A DNA stretch of 32,000 nucleotides, from positions 210,001 through 242,000 of the forward strand of contig NZ_WUUQ01000001.1 of assembly GCF_009831105.1 (NCBI RefSeq), read 5' to 3'. Each line of letters opens with the position of its first letter. Position 1 is the stretch's first letter. Under the pieces are notes generated by a model. The model worked only from the letters and a program-made list of their open reading frames with translations, was not told the DNA's origin and did no database searches. Positions 6,938-15,040 of the stretch are shown here, one piece after another. A program made the position numbers and the translations under genes. Source of the stretch: Copranaerobaculum intestinale (GTDB taxonomy: Bacteria; Bacillota_I; Bacilli_A; Erysipelotrichales; Erysipelotrichaceae).

Positions 6938-7782
6938 AACACCTCCCGGGCATGCCTTGTGATATGGCAGGAGATATTGACCGCTACCGGTAACCCGGCA
7001 ATATGTGTCGGGTACTGTTCCACATTCACATGAAATGCAGTTATATCGCCCTTCAATCCCTGTGGACCAATATGCAAAGCATTCATCTCATTTAACAGCT
7101 CCTGTTCAAGCTGTGCGTAACGAGGATCAGGATTCGGTTCATTCACCGGACGCACCGTCGCTTTTTTCGCAAGGACTGCCGCGTAATCAAAAGTTCCGCC
7201 GATCCCAACTCCGATAACCATCGGCGGGCAGGCATTCGGTCCGGCATTCTTTACCGCTTCCAAAACGGCTTCTTTCACACCTGTTAATCCCTGCGCCGGT
7301 TTCAGCATTTTTAATACTGACATATTTTCAGAGCCGAAGCCTTTGGAGGAGAGCTCAATCTCGACCTGATCACCGTCTACGATATCCATGTAGATAACCG
7401 CAGGTGTATTATCTTTCGTATTTATACGGTCAAATAAAGGATCACTGACAACTGATTTCCGCAGATAACCCTGTTCATAGCCATCGCGCACTCCCTGCTG
7501 AATCGCTTCCCGAATGCTTCCGCCTTCAAAATGAACATCCTGTCCAACTCTCAAAAAAACGATAACCATACCGGTATCCTGACAGATCGGAATATGCTTT
7601 TCCGCTGCCAACCGGCTGTTTTCAAGCAGAATCCGCAGGGTTTCTTTCCCGATCGGTGTAGTTTCTTTATCTGCCGCAGCTTGCAGACAGGCATATATAT
7701 CACTGGGATACTGATAATTGATCTTCTGTACCATGGTGCATACTGCATTCTGCACCTGTTTTACCTGGATAGCACGCATCAT
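6934..7782 (-). CDS. Class I (Fe-S) fumarate hydratase, alpha subunit
   Basis: 282 aa. PICQDTGMVIVF cluster-ligand motif, plus GVGIGGTFD. ATGA overlap with the aspA stop. Confidence 0.8.
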   Translation of the reverse strand: MMRAIQVKQVQNAVCTMVQKINYQYPSDIYACLQAAADKETTPIGKETLRILLENSRLAAEKHIPICQDTGMVIVFLRVGQDVHFEGGSIREAIQQGVRDGYEQGYLRKSVVSDPLFDRINTKDNTPAVIYMDIVDGDQVEIELSSKGFGSENMSVLKMLKPAQGLTGVKEAVLEAVKNAGPNACPPMVIGVGIGGTFDYAAVLAKKATVRPVNEPNPDPRYAQLEQELLNEMNALHIGPQGLKGDITAFHVNVEQYPTHIAGLPVAVNISCHITRHAREVL

Positions 7783-9227
7783 GATTCCTCTTTCTTCTTT
7801 TTGGGTTTGGAATTCCGCTTATGCATGCCCGGTATCCCCGGACGTGTCATCTCTTTCACATTCAAGACTTCATCAAGCTTTTCCCGTGACATCAAATCAT
7901 GCTCCAAAATCAATTCCCGCAGCTTACGGTTTTCATGAAGTGCCTGCTTTGCCATTTTTGAAGCGTTCGCATAACCGATATGCGGTGCCAGCGCAGTTGC
8001 GGTTCCCAGTGAAATTTCCACCAGATCCTTACAGTGCTCGCGATTTGCTACAATACCGCTAATTGCATTGACCCGCAACGTATGACAGGCATTTGCCAGA
8101 ATATCAATACTCTGAAACAGATTATAGAAAAGCACCGGCTCAAATACATTCAGTTCCATCTGTCCTGCTTCAGCCGCCTTCAGAATGGTTACATCGTTGC
8201 CGAACACCTGAAAGCACACCTGATTGCATACTTCCGGAATGACCGGATTGACTTTACCGGGCATGATCGAGGAACCGGGCTGACGGGCAGGCAATATGAT
8301 TTCACCAAGCCCGGTTTTCGGGCCGGATGCCATCAAACGCAGATCATTGCACATTTTCGAGAGGTTCACACAAAACGTTTTCAAGGAGCTGTGCGCCCAA
8401 ACAAACGGGTCGACATTGCGCGTTCCGTCGATCAAATCCCGGGCACTGGTTAAATCGACGTTGGAGATATCGGACAGCAGACTGACACAGATACGCTTAT
8501 AATCTTCATCAGCATTGATTCCGGTGCCGATGGCAGTCGCTCCCATATTGATCGATTTCAGATTGGAAAACGCCAATTTAATTCTTCGTATATCCCGGAC
8601 AAAAGCAGTTGCGAACGCATGAAATTCCTGACCCATACGAATCGGTACAGCATCCTGTAAATGCGTTCGGCCCAGTTTGATCACATCGTTAAATTCGATG
8701 CTTTTATCGAGCAGCGCTTCCTGAAGAAGCATAATTTCTTCCAAGAGATTTTCCACTAAAAATAAACAGGTTAATTTCCCGGCTGTCGGAAATACATCAT
8801 TGGTCGACTGTCCGAAATTGATATGATCATTAGGGTGAATATAATCATATTGTCCTAATGGTTTACCGGCCAGCTGAGCTGCCCGATTCGCAATTACCTC
8901 ATTGGTATTCATATTGACCGAGGTTCCGGCTCCGCCTTGGATAACATCGGTGATAAACCACGCATCAAGTTTTCCTTCAATGACCTCATCACATGCCGAC
9001 ACAATATAATTGGTGCGTTCCTCATCTAAGTGGCCGCAGATACAATTTGCTTTTGCGCAGGCTTTCTTCACCATACCTAGCGAACGTATCATCATCGGAT
9101 GCGTCTTCATATGGGTGATCGAAAAGTTTTGTGTCGCCCGTACCGTTTGACAGCCATACAGCGCGTCAAACGGTACATGTACCTCGCCAAGTGAATCTCG
9201 TTCTATTCGATACTCCGCTTCACTCAT
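7779..9227 (-). CDS. aspA: Aspartate ammonia-lyase
   Basis: YRIERDSLGEVHVP...QGGAGTSVNMNTNEVIANRA...GSSIMPGKVNPVIPE is the fumarase/aspartase signature. The QGGAGTS form favours aspartase over FumC. SD AAGAGGGA precedes the ATG at 9227, which overlaps the malic enzyme stop (ATGA). Confidence 0.8.
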   Translation of the reverse strand: MSEAEYRIERDSLGEVHVPFDALYGCQTVRATQNFSITHMKTHPMMIRSLGMVKKACAKANCICGHLDEERTNYIVSACDEVIEGKLDAWFITDVIQGGAGTSVNMNTNEVIANRAAQLAGKPLGQYDYIHPNDHINFGQSTNDVFPTAGKLTCLFLVENLLEEIMLLQEALLDKSIEFNDVIKLGRTHLQDAVPIRMGQEFHAFATAFVRDIRRIKLAFSNLKSINMGATAIGTGINADEDYKRICVSLLSDISNVDLTSARDLIDGTRNVDPFVWAHSSLKTFCVNLSKMCNDLRLMASGPKTGLGEIILPARQPGSSIMPGKVNPVIPEVCNQVCFQVFGNDVTILKAAEAGQMELNVFEPVLFYNLFQSIDILANACHTLRVNAISGIVANREHCKDLVEISLGTATALAPHIGYANASKMAKQALHENRKLRELILEHDLMSREKLDEVLNVKEMTRPGIPGMHKRNSKPKKKKEES

Positions 9228-10402
9228 CTGACATTTCCCTCTTTTTTCGCACAAGCGGCAACCGCCTTTGCGACTGCCGGGGCAACCCGTGGATCAAATA
9301 CTGTCGGAATAATATGTTCCGGATCAAGCTCTTCATCACTGATCAAATCAGCCAGTGCCATCGCCGCTGCCATTTTCATGCCCTCGGTAATTTTAGTCGC
9401 TTTCACATCCAACACACCGCGGAATAATCCTGGGAATGCCAATACATTATTTACCTGGTTCGGATAATCGCTGCGGCCGGTTCCCACAATATAAGCACCG
9501 GCAGCCAGCGCATCTTCCGGCATAATTTCCGGAGTCGGATTTGCCATCGCAAGTACGCATGATTTTTCATTCATCGATGCCACCATATCTTTATTCACCA
9601 GTCCCGGTGCACTGACACCGATAAATACGTCAGCACCGACCATTGCATCAGCCATTGTATCAAAGCGCAGACCATCCTGATCGACATACTGCAAAAGCTC
9701 TTGTTTCAGAAAATCATACTGTGCTTTCTTTTCCTGATGCATCTGTCCCTTTGAGCTGAACGCCTCAATATGACGAATCCCAAAGTCATGCATCATTTTA
9801 ATAATCGAACTGCCCGCCGCTCCTACGCCGCAGGTAACAACACGTAAATCTTCTTTCTTCTTACCGGTCAGCCGCAGCATGTTCGCAATCGCCGCAATTG
9901 TGATAATTGCCGTACCATGCTGATCATCATGGAAAACCGGAATATTCATCTCCGCTTTTAAAGTACGCTCGATTGCTACACATTTCGGTGCACTGATATC
10001 TTCCATCAAAATACCGGCAAATGTCGGTTCCAATGCTTTTACTAAGGTGATAATACCCTCAGCATCATGTACATCGATGCAAAGCGGAATCGCATCAATA
10101 TCAGCAAACCGTTTAAACAGCACTGCTTTTCCTTCCATAACCGGAAGCGCTGCTTTCGCACCTATATCACCTAACCCTAACACGGCACTGCCGTCAGTTA
10201 CAATCGCAATCGTATTTCCTTTATTGGTATACACATAAGCATTCTCTTCGTCGTCGACAATTTCACGACATGGCTGTGCTACCCCCGGGGAATAAGCAAG
10301 TGCTAAATCCTCCATACGCTCTACTGCCACTTTTGAATGAATCTCCAGTTTACCCTTGTGTAATTTATGTAAAGCTAAAGATTCCTCATATACTGAACTC
10401 AT
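9224..10402 (-). CDS. NAD(P)-dependent malic enzyme (short form)
   Basis: 392 aa. SLALHKLHKGKLEIHSKV...LALAYSPGVAQPC...FHDDQHGTAI...GAGAAG are malic enzyme N-terminal and NAD-binding motifs. Confidence 0.85.
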   Translation of the reverse strand: MSSVYEESLALHKLHKGKLEIHSKVAVERMEDLALAYSPGVAQPCREIVDDEENAYVYTNKGNTIAIVTDGSAVLGLGDIGAKAALPVMEGKAVLFKRFADIDAIPLCIDVHDAEGIITLVKALEPTFAGILMEDISAPKCVAIERTLKAEMNIPVFHDDQHGTAIITIAAIANMLRLTGKKKEDLRVVTCGVGAAGSSIIKMMHDFGIRHIEAFSSKGQMHQEKKAQYDFLKQELLQYVDQDGLRFDTMADAMVGADVFIGVSAPGLVNKDMVASMNEKSCVLAMANPTPEIMPEDALAAGAYIVGTGRSDYPNQVNNVLAFPGLFRGVLDVKATKITEGMKMAAAMALADLISDEELDPEHIIPTVFDPRVAPAVAKAVAACAKKEGNVR

Positions 10403-10480
10403 GATAACCCTCCTTGTTGGTTAAACATCCTACGATTATTCTAACATAAAACCATTTCCCCGGCACGCCGTCTTATCAGA

Positions 10481-10509
10481 AATAAAAAAACGGAATTTTT
10501 AAAATTCCG
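10481..10509 (-). terminator. Intrinsic terminator after the dipeptidase gene
   Basis: Minus-strand hairpin CGGAATTT-taa-AAATTCCG followed by TTTTTTT. It overlaps the TAA stop at 10499-10501. Confidence 0.7.
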
Positions 10510-11635
10510 CTGTATCGGCAAGCATCGCTAATGCCAATGCGTAAATCTTCATATTTGTTTTAAGGTCCTTTAGGCTCATCCATTCATCCGGCAGATGGGC
10601 AATTCCTTTTTGATTAGGGAAGCTTGGCCCAAACGGTACAATGTTTGGCATGACCTTGGCATACGTGCCGCCGCTTGTCGTAACCGGCGTACCATCCATC
10701 CCGGTAACCTCTTCGTAAGCTGTTTGCAAAGTATGAATCAGCCGACTGTCCTTCGCAAAGCGCACCGGTGCATAATGGAGCAGCTCGATGAGTTCTACAT
10801 CCGCGATCAGACATTCCCGAATTGAAGCAAGCAGATCTATTTTACTGCAGCAGGCAGGGTATTGGATAGAAACCTCAAAGCCCGGACAGCCTTGCTCCTG
10901 AATCATCCGAAAGCCACCCATCTGCAAAGTTCCGAATTCTTGATCATGACAGTCGATATGCAATTCCTTTCCGGTACGATCACCGCTTAGAAAATACGAA
11001 TTAAGAAAGGCAAAAAAAACACCCTGATCAGCTCCGTGATATAGCAGGCGGAGCTTTAAACGGCCGCGTTCCCCATAGACTACCGGATATTTACAATCCG
11101 GAGTAAAACCGGCCACCGGCGGCCGTTCCTTATCCAGATATACAGGTATATCACGAAAACCGGTTTCTTCATTGGTACCAAAGAGGATTCGAATGGCGTG
11201 GCGCTGCGGAAGCTGAGCTTGGGATATTGCCTTCATTGCGAACAGGCAGCTCAAAATCGGCCCTTTGTTATCCAGTACACCGCGGCCATACATACAATTA
11301 TTCGTTTCGTCGATGATACCGCCATAAGGATCATGAACCCAGCCCTTGCCTTCGGGCACAACATCCAAATGACCTAATGCCGCTACATAATCAGCTTGTG
11401 CGCCCAACTGTGCATAGCCGACATGGCCGCTGCCATAATCGGTTTTAAAGCCCAGTGATTCCGCAGTTTGCAAGGCTGCCCTCAGTGCTTTGGCCACCGC
11501 ATTGCCAAACGGTTCATCCAAAGCCGGTTTTCCCTCTACGCTGGGAATCGATACAATTTCCTGAAGGGTTTTGACGAGCTGCGGAAACAGCTCATCACAT
11601 GCCTTATATAATCGGCGCTTTGATTCTTCTTGCAT
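10499..11635 (-). CDS. M20-family metallo-dipeptidase (PepV/Sapep-like)
   Basis: LGHLDVVPEGKGWVHDPYGG...GRGVLDNKGP...LFGTNEETG...GFTPDCKYPVVYGERG are M20 dipeptidase motifs. The start is taken at MQEESKRR (ATG 11635), because the ORF-track 5' extension overlaps the upstream gene and looks non-coding. Confidence 0.75.
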   Translation of the reverse strand: MQEESKRRLYKACDELFPQLVKTLQEIVSIPSVEGKPALDEPFGNAVAKALRAALQTAESLGFKTDYGSGHVGYAQLGAQADYVAALGHLDVVPEGKGWVHDPYGGIIDETNNCMYGRGVLDNKGPILSCLFAMKAISQAQLPQRHAIRILFGTNEETGFRDIPVYLDKERPPVAGFTPDCKYPVVYGERGRLKLRLLYHGADQGVFFAFLNSYFLSGDRTGKELHIDCHDQEFGTLQMGGFRMIQEQGCPGFEVSIQYPACCSKIDLLASIRECLIADVELIELLHYAPVRFAKDSRLIHTLQTAYEEVTGMDGTPVTTSGGTYAKVMPNIVPFGPSFPNQKGIAHLPDEWMSLKDLKTNMKIYALALAMLADTAEF

Positions 11636-12557
11636 ACGCTTCCAGCCACTCCTCACTGGCAGGCTCATGATGACAGTGACCGGCTTCATCGCGGTGTGAC
11701 AGATAAACGATCGGCGCTTCCTTCTTCGTGGCGACACAGAAGCTGAATTCAGGCGCATTGGTAGAAACGCCCCATTCTCCTTTATTGTTCATTGCCACAA
11801 ATGACATTTCCCCGCTTTTACCGCGGCGGCGGATCAACGCTTTTTCAAATTGATTCAACGCTTGCTCACAGGCTGTTTGCGGATGCATACCGCTGCGCAT
11901 TTTTGAAACAATTTCATAGGATACGCAGCCCTTCATGATATCCTCACCAAGCCCGGTTGAACCAGCTCCTCCTACTTCACTATCCACATAATAACCGGAT
12001 CCGGACATCGGAGAATCCCCGACCCGACCAGGCCGTTTCATAAAAAGACCGCTTGTGGATGTTGCCGCGCACATGCTCTGATGCTCGTCCAGCGCTACCA
12101 TTGCGACTGTATCATGACCGCTGTACGGACTGAGACCTTTATCGACCGTTTCTTTTTTGCGTTTCTGATAATGAGCAATGCCCCGATCCGTCAGCATATT
12201 TTTACGTTCAAAACCGTGTTTATGCGCATACGCTTCCGCACCTGCTCCGACGAGAAAGTTATTCACCTTTTCTTTAGACAACAATCGCGCGATTGATACC
12301 GGATTGGCATAATCACGTATCCCCGCTACCGCACCGACATCGAGGGTATCACCATCCATAAATCCTGCATCCAGCTCAACCTCCATATTCTCATTCGGCA
12401 GTCCCCCATATCCGACAGACTTATAAAACGGATAATCCTCGACAATACGGATGGCCGCTTCCAGTGCATCCCCGCTTTCAGCACCATCATCCAGCCGTCT
12501 TCCCGCTTCTTCAATTCCTTCAATCGCCATTCGCCATGTCGCAATAATGCCCCACAT
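11604..12557 (-). CDS. Ntn-hydrolase asparaginase_2 family (isoaspartyl peptidase/L-asparaginase or glycosylasparaginase)
   Basis: GHDTVAMVALD (autoprocessing Thr) and PGRVGDSPMSGSGYYVD...GAGSTGLGEDIMK motifs. The SD AAGGAGG is best spaced for the second ATG (12557), but ATG 12563 is also possible. I see no signal peptide. Confidence 0.8.
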   Translation of the reverse strand: MWGIIATWRMAIEGIEEAGRRLDDGAESGDALEAAIRIVEDYPFYKSVGYGGLPNENMEVELDAGFMDGDTLDVGAVAGIRDYANPVSIARLLSKEKVNNFLVGAGAEAYAHKHGFERKNMLTDRGIAHYQKRKKETVDKGLSPYSGHDTVAMVALDEHQSMCAATSTSGLFMKRPGRVGDSPMSGSGYYVDSEVGGAGSTGLGEDIMKGCVSYEIVSKMRSGMHPQTACEQALNQFEKALIRRRGKSGEMSFVAMNNKGEWGVSTNAPEFSFCVATKKEAPIVYLSHRDEAGHCHHEPASEEWLEAYARRIKAPII

Positions 12558-12610
12558 AGTCATACCTCCTTATTCTTCCTTTTTATCTACCTATTTTACC
12601 AAGAATCCTA

Positions 12611-12640
12611 AGAAAAAAGAAGCGCCGCAGCTGCTTCTTT
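12611..12640 (-). terminator. Intrinsic terminator after metK
   Basis: Minus-strand hairpin AAGAAGC-(9 nt)-GCTTCTT followed by TTTTTCT, just after the TAA at 12644. Confidence 0.65.
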
Positions 12641-12643
12641 CCG

Positions 12644-13738
12644 TTATTTTAAGTCAATGATCTGTTCCCAGCTAAATTCATCACGGCCAAAATGACCGTA
12701 GCAGGCAGTTTTTTTATAAATCGGCTTGCATAAATCCAGCTCCTTGATGATATTGCTTACAGAGAAATCAAAATTGCGGTCGATGATTTCCAAAATTTCA
12801 CCATGAGATACGGTGTTGGTACCGAATGTTTCTACCATGATGGATACCGGCTTCGCTTTGCCGATCGCATAAGCAACCTGGATCTCACATTTGCGGGCAT
12901 AGCCATGCGCTACGATATTTTTCGCAACATAACGGGCGTAGTAAGCCGCACTGCGATCTACTTTGGATGGATCTTTAGATGAGAAGCATCCCCCGCCGAT
13001 ACGGCCCATGCCGCCGTATGTATCGACAACGATCTTACGGCCGGTCGTACCGCTGTCGCCAAAGGAACCGCCTAGTACAAAGCTGCCGCTTGGATTGATC
13101 AGGTATTTCGTATGCTCATCAATCAGCTTTTCATCAATTACCGGTTTGATAACCTCCTCCATAATTACGTGTGCCAGCTCCTCTTGTGAAACCGCTGCCG
13201 CATGCTGGGTTGATACCACAATAGTATCGATGCGCTTCACCTTATCATCTTCATATTCTACGGAAACCTGCGTCTTTCCATCCGGGCGAAGCCGATTATC
13301 TTTTCTTCTGACTTCACTCAAACGCTTTGCCAATTGATGTGCATAGTCAATCGGAGCCGGCATATAGTTATCAGTATCATCACAAGCAAAACCAAACATA
13401 AGCCCCTGATCACCAGCGCCGATTTCTCCGCCGTTTTGGACGACTGCCTGATGAATTTCCGCTGACTGGTGATTCACATGCACACAGACCTGATAATCTT
13501 CCGTATAACCGATTTCCTTGATCGTCGCCTTTGCGATCGCTTCATAATCCAGCTTTGCTTTCGTATCCGCTTCACCGTAAATCAAGACAAAATCATCCTT
13601 GATCGTCGCTTCTACTGCCATTTTCGCATTTGGATCCTGCGTAAGCGCCGCATCCAAAATACTATCCGCAATCTGATCGCAGATTTTATCCGGATGACCC
13701 TCGGTAATACTTTCTGATGTAAAAATGTAGTTCTTCAT
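12644..13738 (-). CDS. metK: S-adenosylmethionine synthetase
   Basis: FTSESITEGHPDKICDQIADSILDA...GAGDQGLMFGFA...GGGCFSSKDPSKVDRSAAY are canonical MetK motifs. SD GAGGAGGG precedes the ATG at 13738. The ORF-track extension to 13915 runs through the riboswitch. Confidence 0.95.
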   Translation of the reverse strand: MKNYIFTSESITEGHPDKICDQIADSILDAALTQDPNAKMAVEATIKDDFVLIYGEADTKAKLDYEAIAKATIKEIGYTEDYQVCVHVNHQSAEIHQAVVQNGGEIGAGDQGLMFGFACDDTDNYMPAPIDYAHQLAKRLSEVRRKDNRLRPDGKTQVSVEYEDDKVKRIDTIVVSTQHAAAVSQEELAHVIMEEVIKPVIDEKLIDEHTKYLINPSGSFVLGGSFGDSGTTGRKIVVDTYGGMGRIGGGCFSSKDPSKVDRSAAYYARYVAKNIVAHGYARKCEIQVAYAIGKAKPVSIMVETFGTNTVSHGEILEIIDRNFDFSVSNIIKELDLCKPIYKKTACYGHFGRDEFSWEQIIDLK

Positions 13739-13755
13739 AATAACCCTCCTCGTAT

Positions 13756-13897
13756 AAAAAATGCCTTCCCGCGGTAGAGAAGACAGTATCCATATCATTA
13801 CGTTCTCTCTTATCGCTGTCAGCAGTACCACCTTGCCTTGGCAGGTTGGCGCGGGATCCACGAGCTGACTCTCTCCTCCGTCTCTTGATAAAAAGGC
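13756..13897 (-). promoter_or_regulatory. SAM-I (S-box) riboswitch leader of metK
   Basis: Minus strand reads UUAUCAAGAGACGGAGGAG...GCGCCAACC-UGCCAAGGCAAGG-UGGUAC...GAUAAGAG. This gives P1 halves UUAUC/GAUAA, the AAGAG-GGAGG box, GCCAACC and AAGGUG elements, and a possible GUCAGC/GCUGAC pseudoknot. The aptamer spans about 13807-13895. A candidate terminator GUCUUC-(10 nt)-GAAGGC plus U6 lies at 13756-13784. Confidence 0.8.
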
Positions 13898-13903
13898 ATG
13901 TAT

Positions 13904-13932
13904 ATTAAAGCACAATATTCTGAAACATGCAA
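13904..13932 (-). promoter_or_regulatory. metK promoter
   Basis: Minus strand TTGCAT - 17 nt (ending TGc) - TTTAAT, a few nt upstream of the riboswitch 5' end. Confidence 0.55.
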
Positions 13933-13960
13933 CCGAATATTTTTACCTCTCAAAAGTTAT

Positions 13961-13989
13961 TTGACAAATACCCCATGAAATACTAAAAT
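13961..13989 (+). promoter_or_regulatory. Promoter of the Cof-type HAD gene
   Basis: TTGACA - 17 nt - TAAAAT on the plus strand. Confidence 0.6.
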
Positions 13990-14000
13990 GAATTTGCTTG

Positions 14001-14029
14001 ACAGTATGCCCTCGTCATACTGTTTTTTT
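14001..14029 (+). terminator. Leader hairpin with U-run between promoter and RBS (possible attenuator)
   Basis: ACAGTATG-ccctcgt-CATACTGT followed by TTTTTT. The RBS GGAAAG and the GTG at 14041 come straight after it. The T-run is on the plus strand only. Confidence 0.5.
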
Positions 14030-14040
14030 AGGAAAGACAG

Positions 14041-14934
14041 GTGTACGCACAAATGGATATTACCAAAATAAAGGTCATCGTATGCGACCTCGACGACACC
14101 CTGCTCCGTGATAATAAAACAATCAGTAAGGAAACCTGTGAGTATTTGATTCAGTTACAGAAAAACGGTTACCGTCTGGTCCTCGCTACCAGCCGCTATC
14201 GTAAAGAAATTGTGGATTATGCGGCGCAGCTGCAAATGGAACACTACGGAGGCTTTCTAGTTACCTCCAACGGCGCAACCGTCTACAATCTGAAAACGGG
14301 TCATCGCGAAGCATTTTCCGCTTTGGATAAGGAAGAAGCCCAGATGCTGATCCGCACCGGTTTGGATTATGGCTTATCAGTACATATGCGCATCGGTGAT
14401 GATTTTTATTGTCAGACCGTTGGACTTTTCCGTTTTATTCTGCCGCTGTTGAAAATCTTCACGAAAATCATCAAACCGTTTGCCTCACATAAGCTGGAAT
14501 ATTTGATTTCCCTGCTTCATTCTATTCATTTTGTCCGTAATTTGGAGGAAATGTCGCCGGATCAGGTACATAAGATCGTCTATCTGACACCTTGCGGAAG
14601 ACTGAATCCATTTATGGAATATATTCAAAACACTTATCAGATGAAATATCATTTCTTTGTGGTGGTAAATCGCACTGCCGCAGAAATCTGTCACAGCAAT
14701 GTCAGTAAGAAAAATGCCGTGGATTGGATTTTACAGGAGCTGGGGCTCACAATGGAGAATATCATCGCGTTCGGCGATAATTCCAACGATGAAATGCTAT
14801 TACAGAGTGCCGGTATATCGGTAACGATGAAAAACGGCTCATCAAGAACGATTGCCAAGGCGAAGCTGCTCAGTGAAAAGACAAATGATGAAGACGGCGT
14901 CATGGATTGTTTGATTAAAATGGGATTTGAATAA
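14041..14934 (+). CDS. Cof-type HAD-IIB hydrolase
   Basis: VIVCDLDDTLL (motif I), LATSR (motif II) and FGDNSNDEMLL (motif IV), with a large cap insert. GTG 14041 has the better SD spacing; ATG 14053 is an alternative start. Confidence 0.8.
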   Translation: MYAQMDITKIKVIVCDLDDTLLRDNKTISKETCEYLIQLQKNGYRLVLATSRYRKEIVDYAAQLQMEHYGGFLVTSNGATVYNLKTGHREAFSALDKEEAQMLIRTGLDYGLSVHMRIGDDFYCQTVGLFRFILPLLKIFTKIIKPFASHKLEYLISLLHSIHFVRNLEEMSPDQVHKIVYLTPCGRLNPFMEYIQNTYQMKYHFFVVVNRTAAEICHSNVSKKNAVDWILQELGLTMENIIAFGDNSNDEMLLQSAGISVTMKNGSSRTIAKAKLLSEKTNDEDGVMDCLIKMGFE

Positions 14935-14938
14935 AGAG

Positions 14939-14964
14939 AAGGACTGAAACCCAGTCCTTTTTTC
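14939..14964 (+). terminator. Intrinsic terminator after the Cof-HAD gene
   Basis: AAGGACTG-aaacc-CAGTCCTT followed by TTTT. Confidence 0.75.
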
Positions 14965-15040
14965 ATTTCAACCCATATAAGGTTAGCGATCATGTGAAAT
15001 TGTGTGATACAATGTATTCATAGGGATAGAAAGGAGATTT

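Noticed and set aside
9131-9254. The Lys-rich C-terminal tail of AspA (...HKRNSKPKKKKEES) and the N-terminal extension MCEKRGKCQ as unusual features.
   Set aside because: The N-terminal extension lacks an SD, so the real start is ATG 9227. The basic tail lies in the region overlapping the next gene's SD and start, and is plausibly a by-product of that overlap. This is not enough evidence for a functional claim.
13739-13915. 5' extensions of ORF-track entries: metK to 13915, dipeptidase to 11758, rsmA to 22294, glmU to 18840, XRE to 23429, and the TasA-like gene to 1645.
   Set aside because: The extensions run through a riboswitch or the preceding gene, lack an SD, and remove conserved N-termini from their normal position. 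Internal ATGs with good SD sequences match the family N-termini.
13998-14003. A second TTGACA at 13998-14003 as an alternative -35 box for the Cof-HAD gene.
   Set aside because: No acceptable -10 hexamer lies 16-18 nt downstream, where the sequence is TGTTTT. The hexamer is instead part of the leader hairpin.
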